A stretch of DNA of 60,452 nt, filler included, from 3 parts of 3 records of this genome joined end to end with filler, not necessarily neighbours in it, one strand, 5' to 3'; positions 1-9,952 are shown, numbered from the whole stretch's first letter. A program made the numbers and translations. Notes: a model not told the origin generated them from the sequence alone.

Positions 1-1
1 C

Positions 2-142
2 CAACAAGAAGAAATACACGATTACTTTTTGGAGGCCGACACCGATTCCATATCCGCTGCCGTTGATGAATTTGATGGCGATTACGAAGATGAAGAACTC
101 CGATTGTACCGCCTTAAATTTATAAGTGAAGTGGCGAATTAA
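2..142 (+). CDS. recQ: DNA helicase RecQ, C-terminal fragment (truncated by window start)
   Basis: Frame 2 reads QQEEIHDYFLEADTDSISAAVDEFDGDYEDEELRLYRLKFISEVAN*, which resembles the C-terminus of Bacteroidota RecQ. The stop overlaps the stop of the convergent gene. Confidence 0.75.
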   Translation, partial: QQEEIHDYFLEADTDSISAAVDEFDGDYEDEELRLYRLKFISEVAN

Positions 143-450
143 AATTCGCCACTCAACTCACCTGTAGTTATTGCCGCTACGATCAATCCAAAATAAAGGA
201 TTACGAATACCAAAGAAACAAGCGCCAAAGCCAATCCTACATAAGAGAGGATTTTGCCTGTTTTTACATTGCTGTAATCCGTATAATTCTCTGGGCTTTG
301 TTCGTACAATTGGTTCGCGGTCTTAGCTTTTACCAATCCAATGATGCTAAAAATGGCACCAAATGGCCCGCAGCATACCAAAGTGAGGACAATGGAGAGT
401 ATCCCCATTGTCAACACAGTGCTTGCCCCAGGTAGGGGTTGTTGGTTCAT
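139..450 (-). CDS. CCC-motif small membrane protein (paralog 1)
   Basis: 103 aa; LPGA...MGILSIV...CCG hairpin, then KTGKIL followed by a second TM segment. Confidence 0.8.
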   Translation of the reverse strand: MNQQPLPGASTVLTMGILSIVLTLVCCGPFGAIFSIIGLVKAKTANQLYEQSPENYTDYSNVKTGKILSYVGLALALVSLVFVILYFGLIVAAITTGELSGEF

Positions 451-459
451 AAGATTATA

Positions 460-786
460 TTATTGATATTGTTCAAGAATTTCTTGCATTCTCTGCGGAT
501 CCTGTAGGGTTTCCCATCCAAAGAAAGAAAGGGCCCAAATAAAGTAGGCAAGAGCCAATACGTTGAGTATGACACCGATAATGGCAAGTATCCTACCCGT
601 TTTTACATTTTGTACTCCTTCGTACATTTCTGGGTTTTCAGCGTATAGTTTTAGAGCCTTGTTGGCCAAGATTAAACCGATTACACCAAAAATAAGTCCA
701 ATTATACCATAGCAACAGCAGGTTACTATAGAAATAATTCCGAAGACCAATATCAAGGTCGCGTTTGGAAGTTTTTGTTGTTCCAT
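460..786 (-). CDS. CCC-motif small membrane protein (paralog 2)
   Basis: 108 aa; LPNA...FGIISIVTCCCYG and KTGRILAIIG; clearly similar to 139-450. Confidence 0.85.
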   Translation of the reverse strand: MEQQKLPNATLILVFGIISIVTCCCYGIIGLIFGVIGLILANKALKLYAENPEMYEGVQNVKTGRILAIIGVILNVLALAYFIWALSFFGWETLQDPQRMQEILEQYQ

Positions 787-798
787 AATTTCAAATTT

Positions 799-1119
799 TT
801 AATTAAAGAGGTTATTCATTTTTAGTATGTAACTTATTATAACGGTACCTACGGTAAGCAATGTTAAAATCATTTTAATCTGATTTGAACGTTGAAACTT
901 AACAAAACTACTGGTGACCAGAAAAGCCAATAATACCAATATTGGATAAATGGCAGGGTACATTTGAAAAGCAGCTATGAATTCTCCATGCAGTAAGAGG
1001 TTGACCGAACGTTGCAGGCCACATCCAGGGCAATCTATGCCCGTGAGATGCTTGTTCAGGCAAGGGAGCATATAATCTTCAAGATTAAAGGCGATTATGG
1101 TCGGTGTTAGGTACATCAT
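799..1119 (-). CDS. DUF2752 family membrane protein
   Basis: MLPCLNKHLTGIDCPGCGLQRS motif followed by two TM helices; start uncertain. Confidence 0.85.
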   Translation of the reverse strand: MMYLTPTIIAFNLEDYMLPCLNKHLTGIDCPGCGLQRSVNLLLHGEFIAAFQMYPAIYPILVLLAFLVTSSFVKFQRSNQIKMILTLLTVGTVIISYILKMNNLFN

Positions 1120-1198
1120 TGTCTGTAGAGCCCGAAAATACTATTATTTTTGTATTCAAGTTTAATTTTTGGACCATTTTTGTAGTTAGAAATTAAGT

Positions 1199-1741
1199 AT
1201 GGGTAAATTTTCGATAGGTGATAGGGCAGAGGTGTTGGATGAGGCCATTTCGGGTATCATTCAAAAAGTTGATGGCAATCGGGTGACATTGATTACCGAC
1301 GATGGTTTTCCCATGCATTTTGCCAGTAGTGATCTTGTTAAGATTGGTGGCGATATATCGGTTTCCAATCATGAAGTGGCCAAAATCAAAAAGGAAAAAG
1401 AAATCCCCAAAAGGAGAAAAGCTCCTGTAATTAAGCCCAAAGAAAGGAGTGCCCCAAAAATGGAAGTTGACCTACACATCCATCAACTGGTGAAGTCAAG
1501 CAAGGGAATGAGTAACTACGATATGCTCAACATTCAATTGGATACCGCCAAAAGACAATTGGATTTTGCCATTAACAGGCGAATTCAAAAGGTGGTGTTT
1601 ATCCACGGTGTGGGAGAAGGTGTTTTAAAAGAGGAACTGCACTATCTCTTCAATCGGTACGAAAATGTGAAGTTTTACGATGCTGATTATCAAAAATATG
1701 GTTTGGGGGCTACCGAGGTCTATATTTACCAAAACACTTAG
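1199..1741 (+). CDS. Smr-domain protein with N-terminal KOW/SH3-like domain
   Basis: EVDLHI and VFIHGVGEGVLK...GATEV Smr motifs. Confidence 0.85.
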   Translation: MGKFSIGDRAEVLDEAISGIIQKVDGNRVTLITDDGFPMHFASSDLVKIGGDISVSNHEVAKIKKEKEIPKRRKAPVIKPKERSAPKMEVDLHIHQLVKSSKGMSNYDMLNIQLDTAKRQLDFAINRRIQKVVFIHGVGEGVLKEELHYLFNRYENVKFYDADYQKYGLGATEVYIYQNT

Positions 1742-2259
1742 TCCGGTACTACGGTGACTACCTCTCCAAATTCATTTATGGCCAAATTCGTAATGCGTTC
1801 CCCATTTCCGGTGACAAAAGATATGCCGCTAAGACTTATATTGTGTTCAAAACGTGTGGTATCGTTTTCTATCGGCATAGTCTCAATGATCACCATGCCT
1901 CCTTCGGCAACGACTTCGTCAATTACTTTAGGGTCCACCGTGGGGATATCGCTACAAAAATAATCCTTGTTAACAGCATCCGAGAAAACTCTGTACGTTA
2001 CTTGGGATTGTCCTGGGACCGTACTTTCGGTTATTACCGTATCTCCGGCAACCCCGCGGTTCAAGGCCCCACTTTGAAGCTCTAATATGAGGGCTTCGCT
2101 ATCATTTATTTTGAACATCAAATTTTTGGCGTCAGCAACAGGATTGACACAATATTGTATAGAGGCACTGTCAAAGTCAATGGTCTCGATTTGAAGATCC
2201 CCATCGCTACAGGAAAGGATTGTGATGCAACCAAGAATTGAAAAGATAAATTTTCTCAT
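1738..2259 (-). CDS. hypothetical lipoprotein
   Basis: Signal peptide with lipobox ILSC followed by SDGD. Confidence 0.75.
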   Translation of the reverse strand: MRKFIFSILGCITILSCSDGDLQIETIDFDSASIQYCVNPVADAKNLMFKINDSEALILELQSGALNRGVAGDTVITESTVPGQSQVTYRVFSDAVNKDYFCSDIPTVDPKVIDEVVAEGGMVIIETMPIENDTTRFEHNISLSGISFVTGNGERITNLAINEFGEVVTVVPD

Positions 2260-2336
2260 GCATCAAATTTAAAGCAATTCCATTTTAAAACACTAATCCT
2301 TAGCATCACTTTAAAAGAAATTAACTTTATTTCCTG

Positions 2337-2344
2337 TACTTTTG
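2337..2344 (+). promoter_or_regulatory. Bacteroidota primary-sigma -7 element
   Basis: TACTTTTG matches TAnnTTTG, 25 nt before ATG 2370. Confidence 0.55.
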
Positions 2345-2369
2345 CTCCTGTTAAAAAGTGAACCGAATC

Positions 2370-3518
2370 ATGCAAAAAGTCTATCTGGACAACGCTGCGA
2401 CCACGCAGGTAAGGAAAGAGGTAATTGAACGGATGCAAGAAGCTCTTGCGCAGCAATATGGCAACCCATCATCTACCCATAGCTTTGGTAGGTCGGCAAA
2501 AACCGCTGTAGAGCAAGCAAGAAAAACCATCGCGAAAACCTTGAATGCCCAACCTTCGGAAATCATTTTTACTTCGGGCGGGACCGAGGCGGACAACATG
2601 ATCCTGCGATGTGCCGTAAGAGATTTGGGGGTTCAGACCATTATCACTTCTAAAATTGAACATCATGCAGTGCTTCACACGGTGGAGGAACTGGAAAAGG
2701 AGTATGGTATCAATGTTTCGTACGTGGATTTGGATGAATTCGGAAGTCCGGACATGGAGCATTTGGAAGAATTGCTCAAAAAGGATGACACCAAAAAGTT
2801 GGTCAGCTTGATGCATGTGAACAATGAAATCGGCAATATCACTGATATCAACGCTGTAGGAGAGCTTTGCAAGGCCAATAATGCACTTTTTCATTCGGAT
2901 ACCGTACAATCGATTGGTCATTATTCGTGGGATGTGCAGGCGGTTCATGTTGATTTTATGACGGCAGCTGCCCATAAATTCCATGGCCCTAAGGGTGTTG
3001 GTTTTGCCTTTATCCGAAAAAACTCGGGTTTAAAGCCATTGATCGTAGGGGGCTCCCAAGAACGAGGGTTCCGTGCAGGTACAGAACCGTTCCATAATAT
3101 TGTTGGTCTAGAAGAAGCGTTTGTGAAAGCTTACGAGCATTTGGATGAAGAGAAAGCAGCCGTAAAGGAGCTGAAAAAGTATTTTGTGGATAAGGTCTTA
3201 AAGGAAGTTCCTGGTGCGCAGTGCAATGGTCTTTCTGGAGATTTGGAAAAAAGTACCTATACCTTGGCCAATATTCGATTGCCTTTTGATAAGCAGAAAG
3301 GATTAATGCTGTTGTTCCACTTGGATATGAAAGGAATTGCCTGTTCCAAAGGAAGTGCATGCCAATCGGGAAGCAATCAAGGTTCGCACGTGCTGAATGA
3401 GATTTTGGAAGGTGCCGAGTTGGATAAACCCAGTCTCCGCTTTTCTTTTTCCATGTATAACACGAAGGAAGAACTGGATTACACCGTTGAGATCCTAAAA
3501 GAATTTGCCAATAGCTGA
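2370..3518 (+). CDS. iscS: cysteine desulfurase (IscS/NifS family)
   Basis: VYLDNAATT, GNPSS, AAHKFHGPKG (PLP Lys) and SKGSAC (catalytic Cys). ATG 2370 preferred over GTG 2358. Confidence 0.9.
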   Translation: MQKVYLDNAATTQVRKEVIERMQEALAQQYGNPSSTHSFGRSAKTAVEQARKTIAKTLNAQPSEIIFTSGGTEADNMILRCAVRDLGVQTIITSKIEHHAVLHTVEELEKEYGINVSYVDLDEFGSPDMEHLEELLKKDDTKKLVSLMHVNNEIGNITDINAVGELCKANNALFHSDTVQSIGHYSWDVQAVHVDFMTAAAHKFHGPKGVGFAFIRKNSGLKPLIVGGSQERGFRAGTEPFHNIVGLEEAFVKAYEHLDEEKAAVKELKKYFVDKVLKEVPGAQCNGLSGDLEKSTYTLANIRLPFDKQKGLMLLFHLDMKGIACSKGSACQSGSNQGSHVLNEILEGAELDKPSLRFSFSMYNTKEELDYTVEILKEFANS

Positions 3519-4166
3519 TTAATTGCGGTTTCTTCTTTTTTCCCTGTCGTAAGGAAACTTTCTGGAAGCGGTTTTCATCATTTTATCGATAAGCTCGTTG
3601 GTGTTTTTTCCAGTTTTTTTGGAAATTTCGTTCTCATATTTCCAAAGTAACTTTCCCGTATCACCATCACTTATCTTGACCCCGATTCGTCCGTAGTTGG
3701 CATTTCCGCTGAAATAATCCAAAATACTGAAATCGGTAGGGACCCCTTCGGAAAGTAAAATATTGAGATTAAGGTTGCCACTTATGATGCCGTCCACATC
3801 CAATATTTTGCATAATTCCTGTGTGGTATAGGTGTCAATGTTGTTGTAGTTGATGTTGTTTTGGGCCAAAATAGCGTTGGTATTCATAATGTTCTGGAAA
3901 TCCACATTGAACTTTTTGCGCTTTTTCCGTTTGGAAAAATAAGTTTCCAAAGCATTTTGTACCGCATACCCTTCTTTTTCGGCCAGTACATTGAGCTCAT
4001 TGTTATCTACGGCTTTTTTAAGTTCCAAGTGGGCAATAAAGGGAACGATCGCTAAAATTTCATGGTCCTCGGTATATTCATCAAACCTTATGCTCTCATA
4101 AATGTTCTTTTGGGCCATTGCTAGCACACTGGAGAAAAGAACAAAAACAAAGACAATTTTTTTCAT
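3519..4166 (-). CDS. exported hypothetical protein
   Basis: 215 aa with signal peptide; LAIVPF...LDVDGIISG...GKLLWKY pattern of periplasmic alpha/beta proteins. Confidence 0.7.
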   Translation of the reverse strand: MKKIVFVFVLFSSVLAMAQKNIYESIRFDEYTEDHEILAIVPFIAHLELKKAVDNNELNVLAEKEGYAVQNALETYFSKRKKRKKFNVDFQNIMNTNAILAQNNINYNNIDTYTTQELCKILDVDGIISGNLNLNILLSEGVPTDFSILDYFSGNANYGRIGVKISDGDTGKLLWKYENEISKKTGKNTNELIDKMMKTASRKFPYDREKRRNRN

Positions 4167-4278
4167 TCATCAAATTTTAATTCAACAATCTTGATCTTTG
4201 GATGAGGTCGCTTTTGGATAGGTTGATTATTAGAGCTCTAAAAAAGGACATTTACTTGACTAGCCTGCTTTTCGTGTG

Positions 4279-4286
4279 CAAAAGTA
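4279..4286 (-). promoter_or_regulatory. Bacteroidota -7 element
   Basis: TACTTTTG on the minus strand upstream of gene 3519-4166. Confidence 0.45.
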
Positions 4287-4289
4287 ATG

Positions 4290-5981
4290 CTATTTCCTGA
4301 AAAAAGTGCCAGTATATGTAGTGGAGTTGCCCACATTGTCCGTAACGGTTACTTTTAGTTCACATTCCGTTTCGTTGACGATCTTATCATCAAAATTATA
4401 GGTGATGGTATTGGTTTTTGGTTCGTATTCCATCAAAATCCATTTTCCGTTGAGTGTGGCGGAATAGGAATCAATGCCGCTGAGGTCGTCCGTAATGGTC
4501 AGGCTTAGGTAGTTGTAATTGCTCAACCATTGCTTTTCTTTAAAGTTTTTCGGTCTTACTTGAGGGGCTACGCTATCCCTAACAAGGGTGTATGTGCCCA
4601 AAGTTCGGGTGCGTGTGGTAAAGGCACCGTCCCGTTTGTAAGTTTTGGAATAGGATGGTCTCAGTCTACTGTCCAAATGTGCAATAAACATCTGGTTCCT
4701 ATCTTCCATTGCATATTTTGAAGGGTCGAAACTGATTGTAAAGTTCCGGTGAGCGGCAACGCTGTTATCGTGAATGGTGATGGTATCGTTCCCTTTTTCC
4801 AAATTGATGAAGAAATCTTCATAAAATGTACTGGCAGGGAAATATACTTTAGCGGCACCTAGGTCAAAGTTGTTCGGTTTCTCCGCAATCAAATAATTCT
4901 CCGTGGTTTTGTCTTCTTTTGTTATTTTTTCCTCTTCTTTTTTGCCTTCAATCGGGATAACAAGTTTTGTGATGTTTCCTGCCAAATCCGAAATGAGCAG
5001 TTCAACGTTGTAAGACATACCCTCTTCAACATTTATTTTACCGTCGTTGTACAGTGATTTGTAAATGCTCAGGTGGTTGTACGGTTCCTTAAAGCATTTT
5101 TGAATACGCTGTCTATGATCGTAATAATGGGCATAATCAATAAGTGTATTAATGTATCGAGTCTCGGCAAAGGAGAAGGTTTCAAAATCAAACTCAGAAT
5201 AAACCCGGCCATTCACCGTTTGTTTTACAGCATAAACTCCATTCTGATTGGCGGCCATGTCCAAGCGGTCAAAAGTGTTGATTCCAAATCCAATCGTGCC
5301 GCTGGCCGTTACTTTGTCCGCCAAAAAGGAACCATCGGATTGTCTCGTATAATTCAATTGGATTTTTTCCGCACTCTTGTTTATCAATGCTCCGTCTGAA
5401 ATCGGGTAACCATACAATCCCAATAAAGTTGGGTCGGTAGCATCCCTGACCTCATAACCGTAAAGTAATGGATTGGTAGGTTTGCCGCTAACGCTGCTGC
5501 GGATTTCAAAATGAAGGTGGGGTCCGGCCGACCCTCCCGTATTGCCCGAATATGCGATTATACTGCCATTGGTCACCTTGAGTTCGCCATAATCAGGGAA
5601 CATTTCTACCTCGTAAGACTGCTTTTCGTATTGAACTTTTTTAACGTATTCCTCTATTTCCGGCCCAAACTTTTTAAGATGCGCATACACCGAAGTGTAG
5701 CCATTTGGGTGGGCCACATAAAGAGCTTTTCCATATCCCCAATGAGAAACTACGATACGCGTCACCGTACCGTCGGCGATGGCATATACTGGAAGACCTT
5801 CCCGTTGTTGCGTCTTAATGTCCATGCCGGAATGGAAATGATTGGAGCGTAGTTCACCAAAAGTGCCGGCCAAAACCAAGGGAATGTCCAAAGGGGAACC
5901 AAATACATCCTGAGGATATTCTTTTTGGGCAGATAGGTGCAATGCAATAAAAAAAGTGATAAAAAAAAGATAGAGGCGCAT
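4290..5981 (-). CDS. M23 family metallopeptidase
   Basis: HFHSGMD, YAHL and GNTGGSAGPHLHFEIR motifs; signal peptide from ATG 5981. Confidence 0.9.
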   Translation of the reverse strand: MRLYLFFITFFIALHLSAQKEYPQDVFGSPLDIPLVLAGTFGELRSNHFHSGMDIKTQQREGLPVYAIADGTVTRIVVSHWGYGKALYVAHPNGYTSVYAHLKKFGPEIEEYVKKVQYEKQSYEVEMFPDYGELKVTNGSIIAYSGNTGGSAGPHLHFEIRSSVSGKPTNPLLYGYEVRDATDPTLLGLYGYPISDGALINKSAEKIQLNYTRQSDGSFLADKVTASGTIGFGINTFDRLDMAANQNGVYAVKQTVNGRVYSEFDFETFSFAETRYINTLIDYAHYYDHRQRIQKCFKEPYNHLSIYKSLYNDGKINVEEGMSYNVELLISDLAGNITKLVIPIEGKKEEEKITKEDKTTENYLIAEKPNNFDLGAAKVYFPASTFYEDFFINLEKGNDTITIHDNSVAAHRNFTISFDPSKYAMEDRNQMFIAHLDSRLRPSYSKTYKRDGAFTTRTRTLGTYTLVRDSVAPQVRPKNFKEKQWLSNYNYLSLTITDDLSGIDSYSATLNGKWILMEYEPKTNTITYNFDDKIVNETECELKVTVTDNVGNSTTYTGTFFRK

Positions 5982-6115
5982 ATAAAAACAATAATTCCTT
6001 ACGAAAGTAACCAATGTTTTGATTTGATAAAAAGTTTTGGAGGAAACCACTTTTTACTTGAAGCAAAGCTTTAAGAATAAATCTTAAAAGTATTGCGAGG
6101 TTGTGGCAGGATCGT

Positions 6116-6123
6116 TAACTTTG
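6116..6123 (+). promoter_or_regulatory. Bacteroidota -7 element for the zapB-like/zapA/6S/rny cluster
   Basis: TAACTTTG 26 nt before ATG 6150. Confidence 0.6.
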
Positions 6124-6149
6124 TGTAATACGTATTGTTGTTTGCATAT

Positions 6150-6440
6150 ATGAGCGAACTTGTTGAGATTGTTGATTCTTTGGAGAACAAGGTGAGCAAA
6201 TTGCTTCACAAAATGGAGCTGTTGCACCAACTCAATGCCAAGTTGAAACAGGAATTGGAACTTCAAAAAGAAGAAAATGGACTTCAACAGAAGGAGCTCA
6301 ACGAATGGGAGGAAAAATATGATTCCCTAAAAATGGCAAACACAATGCTGGGTAGTAATACTAGTAAAACAGAAGCTAAGCTCAAAATAAATACATTGAT
6401 TCGCGAACTTGATGTTTGCATTGCAAAGTTGGCGGATTAA
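6150..6440 (+). CDS. coiled-coil protein (ZapB-like, upstream of zapA)
   Basis: All-helical heptad pattern; C-terminal LIRELDVCIAKL; immediately upstream of zapA. Confidence 0.75.
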   Translation: MSELVEIVDSLENKVSKLLHKMELLHQLNAKLKQELELQKEENGLQQKELNEWEEKYDSLKMANTMLGSNTSKTEAKLKINTLIRELDVCIAKLAD

Positions 6441-6454
6441 CTGGTACCGAGAAT

Positions 6455-6748
6455 ATGGACGAGAAGCTCAAAATAAAGCTTTCCATTGCTGATAGGGTGT
6501 ATCCTTTAACGATTGACCCCAAGCAAGAGGAAGGGTTGCGAAAAGCAGCCAAGAACATAGAAAATCTGGCAAAAAAGTTTGAGCAAAACTATGCCGTTCG
6601 GGACAAGCAGGATGTTTTGGCCATGTGTGCCTTACAATTTGCATCCAAAATTGAGCAAAGCGGAATAGACCGTTCGGAAAATGCAGAGGCAGCTATGCAG
6701 CGTCTCAGGGCCTTGGACGAACTGGTACATTCCAAATTGGGGGAATAA
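6455..6748 (+). CDS. zapA: cell division protein ZapA
   Basis: IKLSIADRVYPL...EEGLRKAA...DVLAMCALQFA. Confidence 0.9.
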   Translation: MDEKLKIKLSIADRVYPLTIDPKQEEGLRKAAKNIENLAKKFEQNYAVRDKQDVLAMCALQFASKIEQSGIDRSENAEAAMQRLRALDELVHSKLGE

Positions 6749-6769
6749 GTTCTTTTAAATAAAATATTG

Positions 6770-6945
6770 TTACTGCCCACATTGGTAATTTATTTTTGAC
6801 AAACTCAACACTAATATAATTAGAAAGGGTGAGTTTAGGCTGTAAAAGCAGGCCCTACTTGTATAGGGATCCTTGATCAGCTTGGTAGCCCTAAACCTGT
6901 ATTTTGGAGTTTGTACAAAACTTCTTCCGATGTGGGCTTTTTTTT
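6770..6945 (+). ncRNA. ssrS: 6S RNA (Flavobacteria type)
   Basis: Lies between zapA and rny. Closing stem 6775-6785 (GCCCACATTGG) pairs with 6927-6937 (CCGATGTGGGC), and 6799-6806 pairs with 6907-6914; central bubble and terminal T-run. Ends approximate. Confidence 0.85.
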
Positions 6946-6965
6946 TAAACTAAACACAATCAAAC

Positions 6966-8537
6966 ATGGATAATATCATAGTAATTGTTGTCGCAGCTAT
7001 AGTGGGCTTGGCAATAGGGTTCGCAATAGCCAAGATGATGGAGAAGGGCAAAGCGTCCAAGACCATTGCCAATGCAAAGAAGGAGGCTGCCTACATTGTT
7101 AAGGAGGCGAATAAAGAAGGAGAGAGCATTAAAAAGGATAAGATTTTCCAAGCCAAGGAAAAGTTTTTGGAGTTGAAGGCTGAGCATGAGAAGGTTATTA
7201 TCAACAAGGATAAAAAAATAGCTGAGGCCGAAAAACGTACCAGGGATAAAGAATCACAGGTAAGCAGCGAATTGGCCAAGAACAAAAAACTCAACGATCA
7301 ATATCAACAAAAGATAAAGGAGGTCGAGTATAAAAGTGATATTCTGGACAAGAAGCAATCCGAAGTAGAAAAACTCCATAAAAGTCAAGTGCAACAACTA
7401 GAGGTAATCTCCGGTCTTTCCGCAGAAGATGCGAAGGCACAATTGTTGGAATCTTTAAAAGAGACCGCAAAAAGCGATGCCATGGCCTATTTGCAGAATA
7501 CTCTGGAAGAAGCAAAGCTTACCGCACAACAAGAGGCACGAAAAATTGTGGTCAATACCATTCAGCGTATAGGTACCGAAGAAGCAGTGGAAAATTGTGT
7601 TTCCGTATTCAATTTGGAGTCTGATGACGTAAAGGGACGCATTATTGGCCGTGAAGGTCGAAATATACGGGCTATCGAGGCCGCTACAGGGGTCGAGATT
7701 ATTGTTGATGATACTCCAGAAGCTATTATTCTATCCTGTTTTGACTCCGTTAGAAGAGAGGTGGCACGATTGTCATTGCACCGATTGGTGACAGATGGCC
7801 GTATTCACCCTGCCCGTATTGAAGAGGTAGTGAAGAAGACCGAAAAACAAATCAACGAAGAGATAGCCGAGATAGGTAAGCGTACCGTAATCGATTTGGG
7901 AATCCATGGATTGCACCCTGAGTTGATTAAAGCGGTAGGTAGAATGAAGTATCGCTCCTCTTACGGACAAAACCTGTTACAGCACTCTCGTGAAGTTGCC
8001 AAACTTTGTGGGGTTATGGCAGCAGAACTTGGACTTAACCCTAAATTGGCCAAAAGGGCCGGTTTGTTGCACGACATAGGAAAGGTTCCCATGGCAGAGG
8101 TGGAGGTGGAAACACCGCACGCTATCTTGGGTATGCAGTGGGCCCAGAAGTTTGGTGAAAAGGATGAAGTCTGTAACGCGATAGGTGCCCACCACGATGA
8201 AATAGAGATGACTACACTATTGTCTCCAATAGTTCAGGTCTGTGATGCCATTAGTGGTGCAAGACCGGGGGCCAGAAGACAGGTGTTGGACTCCTATATC
8301 CAACGTTTAAAGGATTTGGAAGATATAGCCTTTGGTTTCCATGGAGTACAGAAAGCCTATGCCATTCAGGCCGGTAGGGAGCTGCGTGTAATCGTTGAAA
8401 GTGAAAAGGTAAACGATGACAAAGCTGCCGAGCTGTCTTTTGAGATTTCACAGAAAATCCAAACGGACATGACCTATCCTGGCCAGGTAAAAGTAACCGT
8501 AATCCGAGAAACTAGATCGGTAAACGTAGCCAAGTAA
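6966..8537 (+). CDS. rny: ribonuclease Y
   Basis: N-terminal TM, coiled coil, KH domain ([12 protein letters not shown]), HD domain (LLHDIGK) and [10 protein letters not shown]. Confidence 0.97.
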   Translation: MDNIIVIVVAAIVGLAIGFAIAKMMEKGKASKTIANAKKEAAYIVKEANKEGESIKKDKIFQAKEKFLELKAEHEKVIINKDKKIAEAEKRTRDKESQVSSELAKNKKLNDQYQQKIKEVEYKSDILDKKQSEVEKLHKSQVQQLEVISGLSAEDAKAQLLESLKETAKSDAMAYLQNTLEEAKLTAQQEARKIVVNTIQRIGTEEAVENCVSVFNLESDDVKGRIIGREGRNIRAIEAATGVEIIVDDTPEAIILSCFDSVRREVARLSLHRLVTDGRIHPARIEEVVKKTEKQINEEIAEIGKRTVIDLGIHGLHPELIKAVGRMKYRSSYGQNLLQHSREVAKLCGVMAAELGLNPKLAKRAGLLHDIGKVPMAEVEVETPHAILGMQWAQKFGEKDEVCNAIGAHHDEIEMTTLLSPIVQVCDAISGARPGARRQVLDSYIQRLKDLEDIAFGFHGVQKAYAIQAGRELRVIVESEKVNDDKAAELSFEISQKIQTDMTYPGQVKVTVIRETRSVNVAK

Positions 8538-8544
8538 CCTTGCG

Positions 8545-9792
8545 CTAGTTCGCAATAACGTTTCTTAATATCCAATCAATAGGGACATCCTTATATTGTG
8601 TACTGGATCTGTTTGTGGTATTCGTTTCATTTTTGGACATCACCAAAAGCCACATACCATCTCCATAGGTTATTGTTGTAATGGAATAGCCTTTATCGGC
8701 TCGTTCTTTTATCCAGTCAAATGGATATGTTGTTTCCGTTTTCCATGTCTGTGCGCCAAGTTTTGAGCCTTGGGTCATGGTTATGGCCCAAACACCATTA
8801 CCGTAGGTGGCAGAGGTAATTGCGTAGTTCTCGTTCCAATTGTCAATAATCCAATCTCGGGGAATATCGTAACTGGTTTTCCATCTTTGGGAAATATACC
8901 CTGTGTTTTTATTCATGGCCAAGTACCAATTTCCTTTACCATACATCATTGAGGTAATTTGGTAATCATCGTTCCATTTTTCGGTGACCCAGTCCTTGGG
9001 AAAAGTATCCGATTTTTTCCATGATTGTGGCTGTAGTCCATTTCCCTTACTCATAAGAACGGTAAATTGATTTTTATATTCATCGTAATCGAAAGCCGAT
9101 ATGTTTAGGCCATTGTCCCATTCCTGTTTAATCCAGTCGCTTGGGAATTCGTTCAATGTTTTAATTTTCTGTTCGGTGTATGAAACTTTGCTCGTTTTCT
9201 CCATGGCCGCAGCCCAGACCGATTCACCATCAAAACCATTGGCCAGAACGGTTACAGCATTTGTTTTGACAGGAAAAGATAGTTCACCTTTGTTTAAATA
9301 GACAAGCAATCGGAATACATCTTCATCTTCATTAAAGTAATCGTCCAAATAGCCTTTGGTCAAAGCTTCTGGGTTTAATGCTACCCAGTATAGCATAGGC
9401 TTCATCGATTCCGTAAAGTCACCTCCTTCAAAAGTATTATCGTCTGCGGTATAGGCTGTGTAAGCACCATTGTTATCCTTTACATAAAAATTGTCCGCAC
9501 TATAGCTGGCATTGGATGGTCCACGAACAATAAAGGCATCATTCCCGTCTAAATATCTGTCCGCTGTACCATCGGACTTTGTAAAATTTTTATAGCTGCA
9601 GATATAGTTGGCCAGTTTGTCCGAACCATTGGCATAATATTTTACGCGGACCAAAGCTTCATTTTCCTCGTAAAAAATGACCAAGGCGGTGTACTTTACT
9701 TCACCGCTTACCCAGCTGGTTTCATAATAGTTTTGGGAATATCCTGAAATCGAATAAAAGAAAATCAAAAGGGGAACAAAAAAATATTTCAT
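8545..9792 (-). CDS. secreted protein with five ~46-aa Trp-rich tandem repeats
   Basis: Signal peptide; repeats of Q-x-W-K-x4-(F/I/Y)P-x-DW(I/V)-x3-W-x3-Y-x-ITS-x2-YG-x-G-x-W-x3-M. Confidence 0.85.
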   Translation of the reverse strand: MKYFFVPLLIFFYSISGYSQNYYETSWVSGEVKYTALVIFYEENEALVRVKYYANGSDKLANYICSYKNFTKSDGTADRYLDGNDAFIVRGPSNASYSADNFYVKDNNGAYTAYTADDNTFEGGDFTESMKPMLYWVALNPEALTKGYLDDYFNEDEDVFRLLVYLNKGELSFPVKTNAVTVLANGFDGESVWAAAMEKTSKVSYTEQKIKTLNEFPSDWIKQEWDNGLNISAFDYDEYKNQFTVLMSKGNGLQPQSWKKSDTFPKDWVTEKWNDDYQITSMMYGKGNWYLAMNKNTGYISQRWKTSYDIPRDWIIDNWNENYAITSATYGNGVWAITMTQGSKLGAQTWKTETTYPFDWIKERADKGYSITTITYGDGMWLLVMSKNETNTTNRSSTQYKDVPIDWILRNVIAN

Positions 9793-9940
9793 GGTGGTTG
9801 ATTGGTTTAACTGTTTAAAAATGCTTCAAACAGGACAACAAAAACAAAAAAATGAGGTGTATGGCCAAAAAAAGAATACCAAAGAGAGATTTCGATATAT
9901 TTTTTTTGACCTGTCATATTGTTGAAAGCTCAATCAACAG

Positions 9941-9952
9941 TGATATTTGTCA
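9941..9952. promoter_or_regulatory. putative Crp/Fnr-family binding site upstream of CBS gene
   Basis: TGAT-ATTT-GTCA, 23 nt before the -7-like TAACTTCA (9976-9983). Confidence 0.55.

Noticed and set aside
6770-6945. Long rod-like RNA as a novel ncRNA
   Set aside because: Structure and zapA-rny synteny fit the known 6S RNA
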